Shown in pieces: positions 1 to 10,596 of a DNA stretch of 64,000 bases. The notes beneath the pieces were generated by a model. The model ran no database searches, was not told where the DNA came from, and saw nothing but the letters and a program-made list of their open reading frames with translations. A program made the position numbers and the translations under genes. The DNA is from an uncultured Gammaproteobacteria bacterium (GTDB taxonomy: Bacteria; Pseudomonadota; Gammaproteobacteria; JAURND01). The stretch's first letter is position 1, and each line of letters starts with the position of its first letter. Where the stretch lies: positions 1 to 64,000 of the forward strand of contig CAVQQD010000002.1 in the NCBI GenBank assembly GCA_963714975.1, given 5' to 3'.

Positions 1-848
1 CTGGCCGAGCAGCTGTTGTGTGGCGACATTCCACAGGCGCACGGTTCTATCGCCACTAGCAGAGGCCAGCCAACAGCCATCGGGGCTGAAGGAGACACTC
101 TCCACGCTATCCGAATGCCCGCTGAGCGGCTGACCTATTGGCTTTTGAGTGGCCACCTCCCATAGGTGCACGGTTTTATCACTGCTACCAGAGGCGAGCC
201 ATCGGCCCTCGGGGCTAAAGGCGACACTGTTCACTCCCTGCGAATGCCCTTTGGTTTCACCCACCAGTCTTGTGTGGCTACATCCCACAGCCGCACGGTT
301 TTGTCAGTGCTGCCGGAGGCGAGCAGCTGGCCATCGTGGTTGAAGGCGACACTCGTCACGCAACTTAAATGCCCAGTGAGCTGACCCGTACCCATTTGTG
401 TGGTGGTATCCCACAGGCGCACGGTGTGACCCCAACTGCCAGAGGCGAGCCAACGGCCATCGGGGCTGAAGGCGACACTCGTCACCAACAACTGATGCCC
501 TTCGAGCGGCTGACCAATCGGTTGACCAGTGTTGCTGTCCCATAACTTAATCGTGTTCCATTGCGATACAGCCAGCCAGGGTTGGCGGGGATGCCAGGCG
601 ATAGCATAGGCTGCATAAGTCAATGGCAACCAAGGATGCTCCCCACAGTGGATTTCCCTTAGATCAGCATCCTTTAGATTGGCGCGATAGAGGATCGTAT
701 GCTGCAGGGTGGCGCCGCGCAGATTGGCTTCTCGTAAATCGGTATGCGCGAGTAACCCGTAACTAAAAATCCGCCCCGGGCAGTTGTGCGCCACGCCAAT
801 CGCACCCGCTAAAGTTGATCTGGTAGGCATTGAGCACTGTGGCGGCAT
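1..848 (-). pseudogene. Pentapeptide and WD40 repeat fragment of the decayed gene
   Basis: TDLREANLRGATLQHTILYRANLKDADL followed by repeated GH...VTSVAFSPDG..LASGS.D.TVRLWD units; further frameshifted WD40 units in 1-230. Confidence 0.85.
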
Positions 849-889
849 TGCTAGAAGCTATGGCGAGGATCGGCTCCTTTTTGCTACGC

Positions 890-1249
890 TCAATCAGGGC
901 AAATAGGGCTTTCTGCAAGGTGGGTTAGTGCTGACTCGATCGACCAGAAAACGCACTTGTTCCGATGCCGGGGTGCTCGATTCAGTAAATTAACTGCCTG
1001 CGTTTGATTGAAGTGGAAAAGTGAATCTACGTCCGTGGAGGTAGGATCAGCTACTAGCTGCTCCGCCACCGCGGTAGTCATAAAATAATCCCCAAGGGAA
1101 GCATGAAGAAAACGCCAGCTGTGATCGTGGCTTTCCTGCAAGGGACAACCCTGGCGCAAGCGGGCGCCATCAAGTAGCTGATCACCCAGTAAGTGTTGTA
1201 CTGAATCTTCTTCCAGGCTGGAAGAAGTGGGATCGTGGCGCAAGCTCAC
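890..1249 (-). pseudogene. Post-NACHT fragment of the decayed gene
   Basis: WRFLHASLGDYF motif typical of the region after NACHT domains; joins the 2972-4523 fragment in frame when the IS is removed. Confidence 0.8.
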
Positions 1250-1254
1250 TTGAT

Positions 1255-2966
1255 CCTAAAAACGGCAGTTGAAGGACTTCCTAACCGATAAAACTCTGAT
1301 CAAATATCTTCCAACAAAGTACCTTTTTTTCAATTTTATGTGGGTGCTGATAAACCAAGTGGTGGCTGCAGCGACTTTCCATTTAAATATTTTCCTACTG
1401 CTTGGCTCAAAATTCGATACCAACATTGATCATGTGTTAACTGCTCCGCATCTTTTTTTAATCCTTTAAAAAATTTCACCACGCGGCTTAATAACATTTG
1501 AACTTTATTAATATTTCCATGCGTGCTGCTGATAACAATGTGTGTTTGTCTTGCATGGACAGTTTGTTTTGCCATAGCATGCAATAATAAGGGACGACTC
1601 GTAATAGCTTCTAAATGTTTGTCAGGTTCTGCCAGGCGAGCAAATATATTCCACCAATTATAAATAAGAGCAACCACGCGCGACATAAAGCGGCAACGCT
1701 TCATGTCTTGGGTTGTAAACCCGCTCCAACCCCATTGATTTTTCAATTCATCAAATATATTTTCACTGTCCGCACGATCGCGATAATGTTGCGCAATAGT
1801 CAGTATTTCATCCGGTAATGAAGTAACTAATACAGCGTATTCATAAACATAGGTTTTATCATCAACCTCACCAAAACATATCTCTAATTGTTTTGTTCCT
1901 GCATGTTGTGAAATAAGCATTAAATTTTTTTGTATTTTTTTTCTCAACACGATGACTCGACGCGATCTTTCCCAACCATCTAATTTCAATAAGGCATCAG
2001 TCCCTTCCCAGCCCTGATCAGCAAAATACCAATCTTGACGAACCATTTTTACTTCTTCTATTAAACGCTTTACATTCTTCGTTGATTTCAATTTAAATAA
2101 ATAGGGTATTTGCTTTTCTTCAGCAATTTTCATCACACCATCTGTACCAAAAGCACAATCACCTCGCAAAAATTGAGGCCACTGTGCACGCGGAATACGA
2201 TCTAATAATTCCCATAAATCAGGCGCCGAATAACTGGATGCCATTTGATTACCAGGCTGTACTTCAACATCCAGTACTAAACGTAAATTGGCGATAAAAT
2301 AGGAATGATAGGTATGAGAAGGGCGGCCAGGTTTTGTTGGATTATAACCCAATACAGCTCCTTCCTGTTTTCCATAAAGTACTTTAACTGTGGTATCAAC
2401 ATCTAATATCCATGGCACACTCAGCAATGGCACATAACATTTATTTAAATGTTTTTGTAGCCATACTATTCCAGCTTCTTCTTCCATTTTTACAAAAGCA
2501 CGCCGGAGTGAATCTTCACTCACTATTTTTTTCATACCCAATAAATCTGGATTTACTCCATCACAACGCAATGTAGTGATATGAGCATAGCGACTATGAC
2601 CTGCTAAAACAGCTAATAACAGCGTACCTAAAATGTCACGATTTGAAGGAGCGTTGGGACTTACTAATTGCAATGGACAATCTTCAACCCAAGGGTCAAA
2701 TAAATTTCCAATCTTTAAAAATTCAATAAAAAATGCCAATTGTCCTAGCGGAGTTACAGCAGCTTGAGGATCCCATTCCACATAGATGCGACCACCAAAA
2801 GTATCTAGGGCTAATGAGACATTTTTGGCTAATAAATTTTCTTCTTTTAAGTCTTCTGGCAGTTCACCCGTTGGGTGAAGAGGAGCCGGAGGTAGTTTCA
2901 TGCGATTTCCCCTGTAATTTTGTTATAAGGGTCGCATTATCTCATAGTTCAACTGCTTTTTTTAGG
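1255..2966 (-). mobile_element. IS1380-family insertion sequence, 1712 bp
   Basis: Terminal inverted repeats cctaaaaacggcagttgaa (1255-1273) and ttcaactgctttttttagg (2948-2966), 17/19 matching; 5-bp target duplication TTGAT at 1250-1254 and 2967-2971. Confidence 0.92.
1336..2901 (-). CDS. IS1380-family DDE transposase
   Basis: 521 aa with LDVDTT, LRGDCAF and YRDRADSENIFDELKNQWGW motifs; fills the IR-bounded element. Confidence 0.88.
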   Translation of the reverse strand: MKLPPAPLHPTGELPEDLKEENLLAKNVSLALDTFGGRIYVEWDPQAAVTPLGQLAFFIEFLKIGNLFDPWVEDCPLQLVSPNAPSNRDILGTLLLAVLAGHSRYAHITTLRCDGVNPDLLGMKKIVSEDSLRRAFVKMEEEAGIVWLQKHLNKCYVPLLSVPWILDVDTTVKVLYGKQEGAVLGYNPTKPGRPSHTYHSYFIANLRLVLDVEVQPGNQMASSYSAPDLWELLDRIPRAQWPQFLRGDCAFGTDGVMKIAEEKQIPYLFKLKSTKNVKRLIEEVKMVRQDWYFADQGWEGTDALLKLDGWERSRRVIVLRKKIQKNLMLISQHAGTKQLEICFGEVDDKTYVYEYAVLVTSLPDEILTIAQHYRDRADSENIFDELKNQWGWSGFTTQDMKRCRFMSRVVALIYNWWNIFARLAEPDKHLEAITSRPLLLHAMAKQTVHARQTHIVISSTHGNINKVQMLLSRVVKFFKGLKKDAEQLTHDQCWYRILSQAVGKYLNGKSLQPPLGLSAPT

Positions 2967-2971
2967 TTGAT

Positions 2972-4523
2972 TGGTTGATACCAGGCATTGGGCAAAACTA
3001 ATACAAAACGCTCGATAGGCGGCTTTGAGCCAATACACTTGCACATCATCGCCGTCTTTCACCATCTGTTCCTTAAGTGCCTGCATCGTTGATTTGCCAA
3101 GAATAGCCGTCGGATTTTGCAGGAAATTGCGCTGCTGCCAGGCTTTTCGAGCTTGGCGGGTAAACCACAAGTCCATAAATCGATCGTATAGTGTGGCACG
3201 AGTAATGGGCGCAGAGTCCAGGGGGAGCGACTTCAACGTTTTACTTTCTTTTTGGTCTCCCTTATCTTTGGTTTCAGACGGGGTTTTCTTCTGATTTGGT
3301 ACTTGGGTCAAGGTGGGTAAAATGGATAAGCTCATCCACAGCATAAATGGGGTATCGATTAAGGTGGACAGTTCTGGAATGGTGGCGAAGCTTCGTTGGT
3401 AGCGCTCCTTATCCCAGTCTTTGGGGCGATCAGGATCGTGCTGGTGTTGAGTCACATACTTAGCAATATAATCTTGGGTTTGTTCGGACGTGAATGGCGA
3501 GAGATGGCGCATCCGGTAATGCGACCAGTTCGGTGCTCCCCCATTGGTGTGTGGGACTAAACTGTCGGCCTCGTTGAGCGCCTGTACCCGCTGACTGCGA
3601 CAGCCAATGATCAGCTTCACCCGCCCCTCGGTCTCATACAAATGATTGGCATCATATAAATTGAGGGTGGCGTGTCCTGGGATTTCATCGTAACCATCGG
3701 CAATCCACAGGGTTCGATACTCGCCTTGTAACTCCCGAATTTCATCGCGGGTGAAGCCGCCAATCTCGGGAAGACTACGATAATAATCCCACAGCTGGTG
3801 GGGATTGACTTGAGCAGAAGACAACGGAATAAACAGCGGCATTAACGCTTTAGGCGCCGGGTCCCCCGGACGATAAGCCTGCCAGGCGGGGTCTTGCCAC
3901 AGCGCTCTAAGCAAATGGCGATTAAACGTGCTTTTGCCCGCGCCGCCCACCCCTTGCAGCACCAACATTTGCGCAGGGCCTTGTAAGAATTCTTTTGCTA
4001 CCCAGGGATATAAGGGATCGCAGGGTTGTCCCACCCCGGCCTGGGATTGACCGTTGGGGGCAATATAGATTGACAGTTCTTGGCTGAGGTGGGGGTCGGT
4101 TACTACAGCGTGGCGTAGCTGCTGAATTTTAACGCCTACGGTATAGCGCGCCGACTGTTTATTCAGCCAGGAGGGGATGTGGCTTTTGACTGGCAAGAGT
4201 TTAAATTCAGTGTCTGAGGTGTCCGAATGGAGAGAGGGGATTGGTTCGTCTTGTTTACTTTCTTTGGGTTGGAAAGATATGGAAGGGGGCAAAGTCGGTT
4301 GCTCGGCTGAGATTGCTTGTTGCCATAACCCTTCCAAGACTTGCGCCACGGCACGGATATCAGGACGTTGCTTGGGTGTTCTGGTCAACAAGCATAAATC
4401 ACTTCCTCTAAAGGGGGCGGACAATCCGAGGGTAAAACATCGCGCTGGCCTTTTTGGATATCCGGTGCACGTGTTTTGAGAAAAGCATAATCTGCTTGAC
4501 GACGTAGAGCAACTTCCCAGCAC
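2972..4523 (-). pseudogene. NACHT NTPase fragment
   Basis: Walker A GVGGAGKST, Walker B LWIADGYDEI, IIGCR and TPFML motifs; truncated by the IS. Confidence 0.85.
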
Positions 4524-5164
4524 ACGACGCCAAAGCTATACACATCAGCAGCGGTAGAAGGGGCACGCCCCCTGCATCACTTCAGGGGCAATGTGAGAGG
4601 GAGTGCCATTAAAACCCCACTTGCTGTGCGGCCAAGCTCAGGATCGAGGTCCCAAAATCACCGAGTTTAGCCCGCCCTAGTCATCCACTAAAATATTGGC
4701 GCTCTTTAAATCCCGATGCAGTAACTCATGCTGATGTAATACAGCCAATCCCAATGCGGCATCCCGTAATAACCGATAGCGCCAGGCCCAAGGCAGTTTA
4801 GCGATGAGAGTCCGTCAGCAGCTTTATTAAACTATGAGGTAATAACTCCATCACCAGTAACGGCGGTGCTAATGATAGCCCCCACACGCGCACTAGAAAG
4901 TCGGAATGTAATCGGCCATGATCGCCGCTTCTTTTTTTAACTGCAGTTTATCACGCGGCGGATAGTTTGGCTTCTTTAAAATGCTTCACCGCTACAGAAT
5001 GATCGCCATAGGTGCTGCGCACACTTGGCCGGAAGTGCCTTCGCCCACGATATTTTTTTGGTTTCGGCGGTGTTTTTTTCCTGACAAAATCGATCAGTGT
5101 CTTCAGGGGTAATCGCTAAATCTGAAGTGGGCATCACAACTACATGAGGAGGAGTGGTCTTCAA
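4480..5164 (-). pseudogene. Frameshifted Ser/Thr protein kinase domain
   Basis: Manual minus-strand translation gives LLHRDLKSANILVDD* at about 4680-4730, then AKLGDFG in a shifted frame, and ADVYSFG near 4530-4550. Confidence 0.8.
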
Positions 5165-5448
5165 GGCCTCACAGCCAGTCGCTCCCGATAACAGCCTTCC
5201 CAGGCGCTGATGTCAAATTGGAGCAGTGATGTAACGGCATAACGCATGGTAATAAATGCCCCTGTGCATCGTGTGGCATTAAATAAGTGCTCTCTTCCAG
5301 CTTATAGGCGGCGCTGGAGTGCTATGTAATAGCAACCGAGTGCGTCCGGCTGCTCGGTACAATTCATTCAGCTTCATACAGATTGCAAGGACTTGTCAGT
5401 GTATCAGCGCCCTGGACCAGCCAAAATAACGCATAGTGACTCTGTAAT

Positions 5449-6661
5449 TCATGCCACTCGGCTTCGGTAAAATCGCGTTACTGTGGGTGGCTGATGGCGA
5501 TGGATAAATAGGGGCGAAGTTCCTTTTTGGAGGGCTACTTGCAGGGGTAGCCAAGTGCTAGGGGGTGGATCCCCCGGACGGAATGCTTGCCATTCGGGGG
5601 CTTGCCATAAACCTCGTGCGGTTTCTGTCAATGGCGCACTCGGATCTTCTTCATCCTTACCGAGCCACAACAACACTTCAATTCGAGAATGGAACAGGGT
5701 TTGTTGAATGGCCTTTTGCAATCCAAGTACCGCTTTGGATTCGGATTGTGCTTGAAAATGATCGCGCAATTGACACAGTTTCACCCCCACTCCATAGCGC
5801 GGATCAGACGGATTGAGCCACCCCACGCTTTGATCGTCAGTCAATAACAAGACACCCCCTAAAGAACTCGTTCTCAGCGTGGTATTCACCAGAGAAGCGG
5901 TAATTGTCAGGGATTCACTCATTTCTGGCTTGGGCGAGGGCGTGGATACAGACACTTCATATTTTTTCTCTTTTTCTTCGGAGAAGGGCACCCCCTCCGG
6001 CCCCTTCACCCGGCCCGTTGCCAGCAGGCATCTAGCCCTTTGGCCAGAGTTTTTAACGAAGGACGAGCCGAGGCCACCGGATCCGTGGCGGTTTTCAGGA
6101 ACACGACTAAGTCCGGTGGACAGGTGGGCGGCAGCCCGCTCCTTTCTGCCACTCTTTGGCCACAGTGGAGGAGCCACTCGCGATGTGCCAAATCAACTGC
6201 CCGAGCTTCTCCACCTCTTCGGCTTCCGTCATGGGCGTCTCTTGTACCAAGGGCAGCAGTTGGGCTCGACCTTGAGCATCGAGGTATAAGTCCTGGCAAT
6301 CCCAACCGAGGTGGGTTGCGCCCAGGGCACGGCGTTGGTATAAACCCACCGCCACATCCCGCAACAGGCGACAGCGATTGACCCAAGACTCACTGGCGGA
6401 GGATTTCAGAAACTGATCAAAGCGCATTTCAGGTAAAGCCGCTAGGACTAAGGAAGTGGTATCGGTCCCCTGACAAATCCCTTTAACCGGTAACCAAAAG
6501 GGCAGGGCGCTTTGGGCAAAAGCTTGCAGGGACTTTTGCTGTAGTGGGGAAGCAGGCAACAGCTGCACCGTCACCGCTTCTCCTTGATAAGTCCCCCGGA
6601 ACAAGGTAGTGGATTTTCCTTCGAGGGGCTTACCCTGTTGCAGCGCTTCGGCAGAAAGCAT
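5449..6661 (-). pseudogene. Degenerate kinase-like domain followed by a degenerate copy of the NACHT N-terminal region
   Basis: FRGTYQGEAVTV and RCRLLRDVAVGL kinase scaffold without HRD or DFG; RYGVGVKL and LWQAPEWQAFRPGDPPP parallel RYTVGVKI and LWQDPAWQAYRPGDPAP of the NACHT fragment. Confidence 0.65.
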
Positions 6662-6912
6662 GGGCCAGGAAGCGGAAGTTTTGCTTCCCTGATTCGAACT
6701 CGGGTGGGGGATCTGATGTGAGTAGTGATTCCTGCATGGGCGACTCCTACGAAATAAAATGATTATTTTTTATAGCAGTGTATTTTCATTATTTCATGGC
6801 CAGTAGTAGACCACGAATTTAATTTCTGAAACACCCTTTCGGTGCATAGATTGAAAAATATTTCTTCGCACAAGATTAAAAATAGTTGGGAATATCAAAA
6901 TTCAAAAACAAT

Positions 6913-6952
6913 TACGAAAACTGTTGACGAAATACGAAAATAGCTTAAGCTA
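6913..6952 (+). promoter_or_regulatory. Putative sigma70 promoter with operator-like boxes upstream of the structured leader and recombinase
   Basis: TTGACG (6924-6929), 16 nt, TAAGCT (6946-6951); TACGAAAA direct repeats at 6913 and 6933; perfect palindrome TAGCTTAAGCTA at 6941-6952. Confidence 0.5.
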
Positions 6953-6959
6953 AGGCCCA

Positions 6960-7485
6960 GGGTCATTTTCTGTTTGGACTGTAACTAACAGAGCAAAAGC
7001 CAGTGCGTAGAGATGAAACTCTGGCCATTACCGCAAGGTAATTCTCTACAATGCCGTACTGTGGTACTGCGTTTGTCTTGAAGTATTTCAATGAACTTAA
7101 AGTCGACTAAGTTCCTATTCTCCAGTGGTTTTTATTTCTATTTTCTTGGAAATATTCTTCATGGATTCCGTGCAGGTTTTTTACGAGCTGTCTTCGTAAG
7201 GCACTGCTATTTTAAATTCCCATCGGTTGAACGTTTTCATCCAGCCGGCGAGAAAAATAGTAATCATACCCAGGCAAGTGTCACTTGCTTTTCTACGACA
7301 TCTCGTTAGATGTCTTTTCATCCACTCAAACGTAATAGGAGGTCAATTTGCTCACAGAACTGTAGTGCTTGTAGTACCCGGTCGGTCATGCTGTTAAGTT
7401 CGTAGCGTCCCTCCGACTGAAAGTCTCGTAGCCATTCGTAGGATGGCAATCGGTTTGTTATTTCAGCAAGTCGATTGAGACTAAA
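6960..7485 (+). ncRNA. Putative large structured non-coding RNA or 5' leader of the tyrosine recombinase
   Basis: More than 12 near-contiguous hairpins found by hand, including a GCAA tetraloop stem (7027-7042), multibranch closures and many G-U pairs on the + strand; no convincing ORF. Confidence 0.65.
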
Positions 7486-7525
7486 CACTAAACTGACTTG
7501 AAACAATGAACATTTTGCTGAGATT

Positions 7526-8392
7526 ATGAGTGTCAAATCGCAATTAAAACGCTCGTTATACCAATGCTTAAAACGCGACCGCTGCGGTTCTTTTGCTACA
7601 CGCTGGGATCGTCGCGGAATTTTACAGCAGGCTTTAGAGCAAGTGGTAGACTTAGGGTACAAAATTGCAACAGTCGAACAAATCAAGCCTAAGCATATTC
7701 AGGCCTTGGTGAGATTTTGGCAACAGAAAAAATTAGCCGTGGGGACGATCAAAAATCGTTTAGCGGCTTTACGTTATTTAGCCGACGTTTTGCAAAAGCC
7801 CGAGCTGGTCGCCTGCAATAAAACCTTGCAAGTGGGTTCACGCATCCCCTCAACGCGCACAAACAAAGCCTGTGTGCATCCTGATCTTTCTAAAATTACC
7901 GATCCTTATGTTAAAGCCTCGGTAGAATTACAGCGCGTCTTTGGCTTGCGGCGCGAAGAATCACTCAAAATCAAACCGCATCTGGCCGATCAGGGAAATA
8001 AATTATCGTTGCTAGGTTCCTGGTGTAAGGGTAATCGCAGTCGCGAAATTCCGATTCGTACCGAAGAACAACGTCGATGTTTGGATCAAGCCAAAGGCTT
8101 GCTACCCACGCCCAATCAATCGTTAATTCCCGAAGTTAAAAGTTATATTCAACATCGCTATGTCTACGATAAGCAATTACAACGCGCGGGCATAAAATCT
8201 CATGGATTACGTCATGCGTATGCGCAACAACGGTATTTTGAACTCACCGGTTGGCTCGCCCCGATTGCCGGTGGTCCAAAATTTCGCGACATGAACTATA
8301 CGGAACAAAATCAGGATATTCGTGCTAGGATGATACTGACCGAGGAGCTGGGACATTCGCGCCTGTCAATTTTACAAAATTACTTATTATGA
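7526..8392 (+). CDS. Tyrosine recombinase resembling the Integrase_1 type with an N-terminal SAM-like domain
   Basis: Full catalytic set: FGLRREE (R), KGNRSR (K), HGLRHAYAQQRY (HxxR), ELGHSR (H), QNYLL (Y). Confidence 0.9.
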   Translation: MSVKSQLKRSLYQCLKRDRCGSFATRWDRRGILQQALEQVVDLGYKIATVEQIKPKHIQALVRFWQQKKLAVGTIKNRLAALRYLADVLQKPELVACNKTLQVGSRIPSTRTNKACVHPDLSKITDPYVKASVELQRVFGLRREESLKIKPHLADQGNKLSLLGSWCKGNRSREIPIRTEEQRRCLDQAKGLLPTPNQSLIPEVKSYIQHRYVYDKQLQRAGIKSHGLRHAYAQQRYFELTGWLAPIAGGPKFRDMNYTEQNQDIRARMILTEELGHSRLSILQNYLL

Positions 8393-8689
8393 AAAGTTGT
8401 CATGTAAAGTTACTGGAAAATAATCTTACAAACTCCCTAAAATTTCTATACTTTTCTTGACATGATGATACAGAAGTGACACGGAATTTTTTATACCACA
8501 ATGTGTTTTTGTTGCTCAAATACACTGCGATGCAATTTTTTGATCACCTAATTTTTTTCTAGATTGAGGTTTACTTAAACTATCTCGATTGATATGCTAC
8601 TTTCCTTGCGTTTCATTCTTAATCCCCAGATTAGCTATTCGCTGCGGCTCCAATCCAATGAACACGATAACAAAAAAGGAGAGCACCCT

Positions 8690-10486
8690 ATGTCATCACA
8701 AACTAAACTGGAAACCAAACCCAAATCACCGACCCAGCTGATTCGACCGGATGGTGCTACAACAGTATTCCTTAACATTCCCTACAGCGAGTTATCTTTT
8801 GATGACAAAGACAAGCCTTTAGGCAAAGGTGTTCATGGCAAAGTATATAAAGGAACGTGGGATTATAATCCTGTAGCTATTAAGGAATATGACACACAAG
8901 ATTTTTCTGAGAAAACCCAAAGGGAAATTCGTACAGAAGCAACTGTAATGGTGCAAGCCAGCACCCAATCCGATTATTTAGTGCGGTTAAAAGGCATGAG
9001 TTTAGAGAAACCACATTATTGTTTAGTGATGGAGTACATGCCTGGTGGTGATTTATACCATTACCTACACAGCGATCAGGATATTTCCTGGAACATCCGG
9101 TATCGCATTGGTTTGGATATCAGCATTGGCTTGCATCATTTACACAGTAGAGGAATTTTGCATCGTGATTTAAAAAGTTTTAATGTCCTACTCGATAGCA
9201 ATGGTCGTGCTAAGTTAGCGGATTTTGGCTCAGCGACCATTAAAACTTGTTCTTCAGGAAGTACAAGCTTTAAAGGCACCATATTGTGGGCTGCTCCTGA
9301 AACTTTCACAGATGAACCCACCCAAAAATCAGATGTCTACAGTGCTGGCATGATATTGTGGGAACTGGCTAGTCGTGAAATTCCTTACAAGAAAGCGGGA
9401 AGTATGGCGGGGATGTGGATTATGCAAGGAAAAAGGGAAACTTTTCCACCAGATACTCCTACAGAATTTCAGGCCATAGCTGAAGATTGCTGGCAAGCCC
9501 CTGAAAAACGTCCTGAGGCTAAGGTATTAGCCAAACAACTCGATCAATTATGGCAAGCTGCTCAAAAGAGTGAAATAAAAGAAAAAGCGGCGCCACCTAG
9601 TACTAGCCCCAGCTCTTCTGTTGGAAAAAAACTAAATGATGGTAGCCAATTTGCCCCTACTCAACCCATCGACATTAAGACACCTAAAAAAACAGAAGAA
9701 AAAGAAAAGAGCAGCTTGATGACGCAATCTCACTTGGTTACTCAGCAACCCACGGTTACTGCATCACAATCATCCAGTACCATTACACCTTCCATATATG
9801 CCAGTCAACCCGCCTTCTTTGCTGCAGGCAGTAATTCTTCTAGTACCACATCGAGTGAAGCCAAAACTAATGTGGCTCCCCTAGATGGGAAAAGACACCA
9901 ACAATTGATGTCAGTACAAAATGAATTAATTATAGCCTGTGAAAACGGCAGCTTAATCAAAGCTAAAGAGGCTATTTCCAAAGGTGCTTTAGTAGACTTA
10001 CCTGATGAGCAAGGAAAAAATCCTCTGTATTGCGCTATATATGGCATGAATCCTGAGGTAGTGAACTACGTCATTGCACAGCGTGGCGAAAATACCCCTG
10101 CCAGCAGCTGGAGTACCTGTGAAGAACACAATAAAAAGCATTACGGACAAATCTTTTTAAACGTGAAGTTCGCGCCTGTCTACCACAAAGATTGGTATGA
10201 TTTACTCGTGAAAATTGAGTCCAATGAATTTTTGGTGGGGTATCACCTCGCTCAGGTTCAGAAAGGTACTAAGAATGCGGCATTCTGTCTAGCATTTCCA
10301 TTGCTAAAAGCGACTGTCTTTTGTTGGCGTGGGCTGGATGTGTTAAGTGCTTGGGATATTCCGTTTTCTCTGTGTAGAGGTGTAGCGTGGTACACAGAAG
10401 AGGGATATGAGCGTTATAGAAATCAAATTAAGCAGGTGATAGAGGAGTCACAGCTGGTGCAAGTTAATGAGTCAATGAACCTCTGA
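8690..10486 (+). CDS. Eukaryote-like (TKL-type) protein kinase with S/T-rich linker and ankyrin repeat; probable secreted effector
   Basis: GKGVHGKV, VAIK, HRDLKSFN, DFG, APE and DVYS motifs; ankyrin GKNPLYCA; AGGAG RBS before ATG 8690 (the ORF track starts at 8594). Confidence 0.88.
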   Translation: MSSQTKLETKPKSPTQLIRPDGATTVFLNIPYSELSFDDKDKPLGKGVHGKVYKGTWDYNPVAIKEYDTQDFSEKTQREIRTEATVMVQASTQSDYLVRLKGMSLEKPHYCLVMEYMPGGDLYHYLHSDQDISWNIRYRIGLDISIGLHHLHSRGILHRDLKSFNVLLDSNGRAKLADFGSATIKTCSSGSTSFKGTILWAAPETFTDEPTQKSDVYSAGMILWELASREIPYKKAGSMAGMWIMQGKRETFPPDTPTEFQAIAEDCWQAPEKRPEAKVLAKQLDQLWQAAQKSEIKEKAAPPSTSPSSSVGKKLNDGSQFAPTQPIDIKTPKKTEEKEKSSLMTQSHLVTQQPTVTASQSSSTITPSIYASQPAFFAAGSNSSSTTSSEAKTNVAPLDGKRHQQLMSVQNELIIACENGSLIKAKEAISKGALVDLPDEQGKNPLYCAIYGMNPEVVNYVIAQRGENTPASSWSTCEEHNKKHYGQIFLNVKFAPVYHKDWYDLLVKIESNEFLVGYHLAQVQKGTKNAAFCLAFPLLKATVFCWRGLDVLSAWDIPFSLCRGVAWYTEEGYERYRNQIKQVIEESQLVQVNESMNL

Positions 10487-10596
10487 ATTGGAGGGGTGCG
10501 GATTAAACAACGATGTAAATAGTGAATTAATTGTCGTGGGTAATCCGTGAGTAGCCTATAAAATCACGTAATCCTGCCCTGCGCCAAAGCTTAAAT

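Larger units (their letters stand above)
1..6737 (-). pseudogene. Decayed large multidomain gene: degenerate kinase - degenerate NACHT-like repeat - Ser/Thr kinase - NACHT NTPase - pentapeptide repeat - WD40 repeats (runs off the window)
   Basis: AGGAG RBS and ATG at 6737, followed by collinear minus-strand fragments separated by frameshifts, stops and one IS. Confidence 0.8.

Noticed and set aside
6841-6900. Match between aaatatttcttc and leader segment 7150-7160 as a guide-target pair
   Set aside because: Short, gapped and very AT-rich; consistent with chance.
6995-7050. Self-cleaving ribozyme or known riboswitch
   Set aside because: A pseudoknot is possible, but I could not match a hammerhead, pistol, HDV or riboswitch consensus by eye.
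7091-7686. ORFs 7091-7309 (+) and 7318-7686 (-) as genes
   Set aside because: No RBS or recognisable domain; they overlap the structured leader or run antisense to the recombinase.
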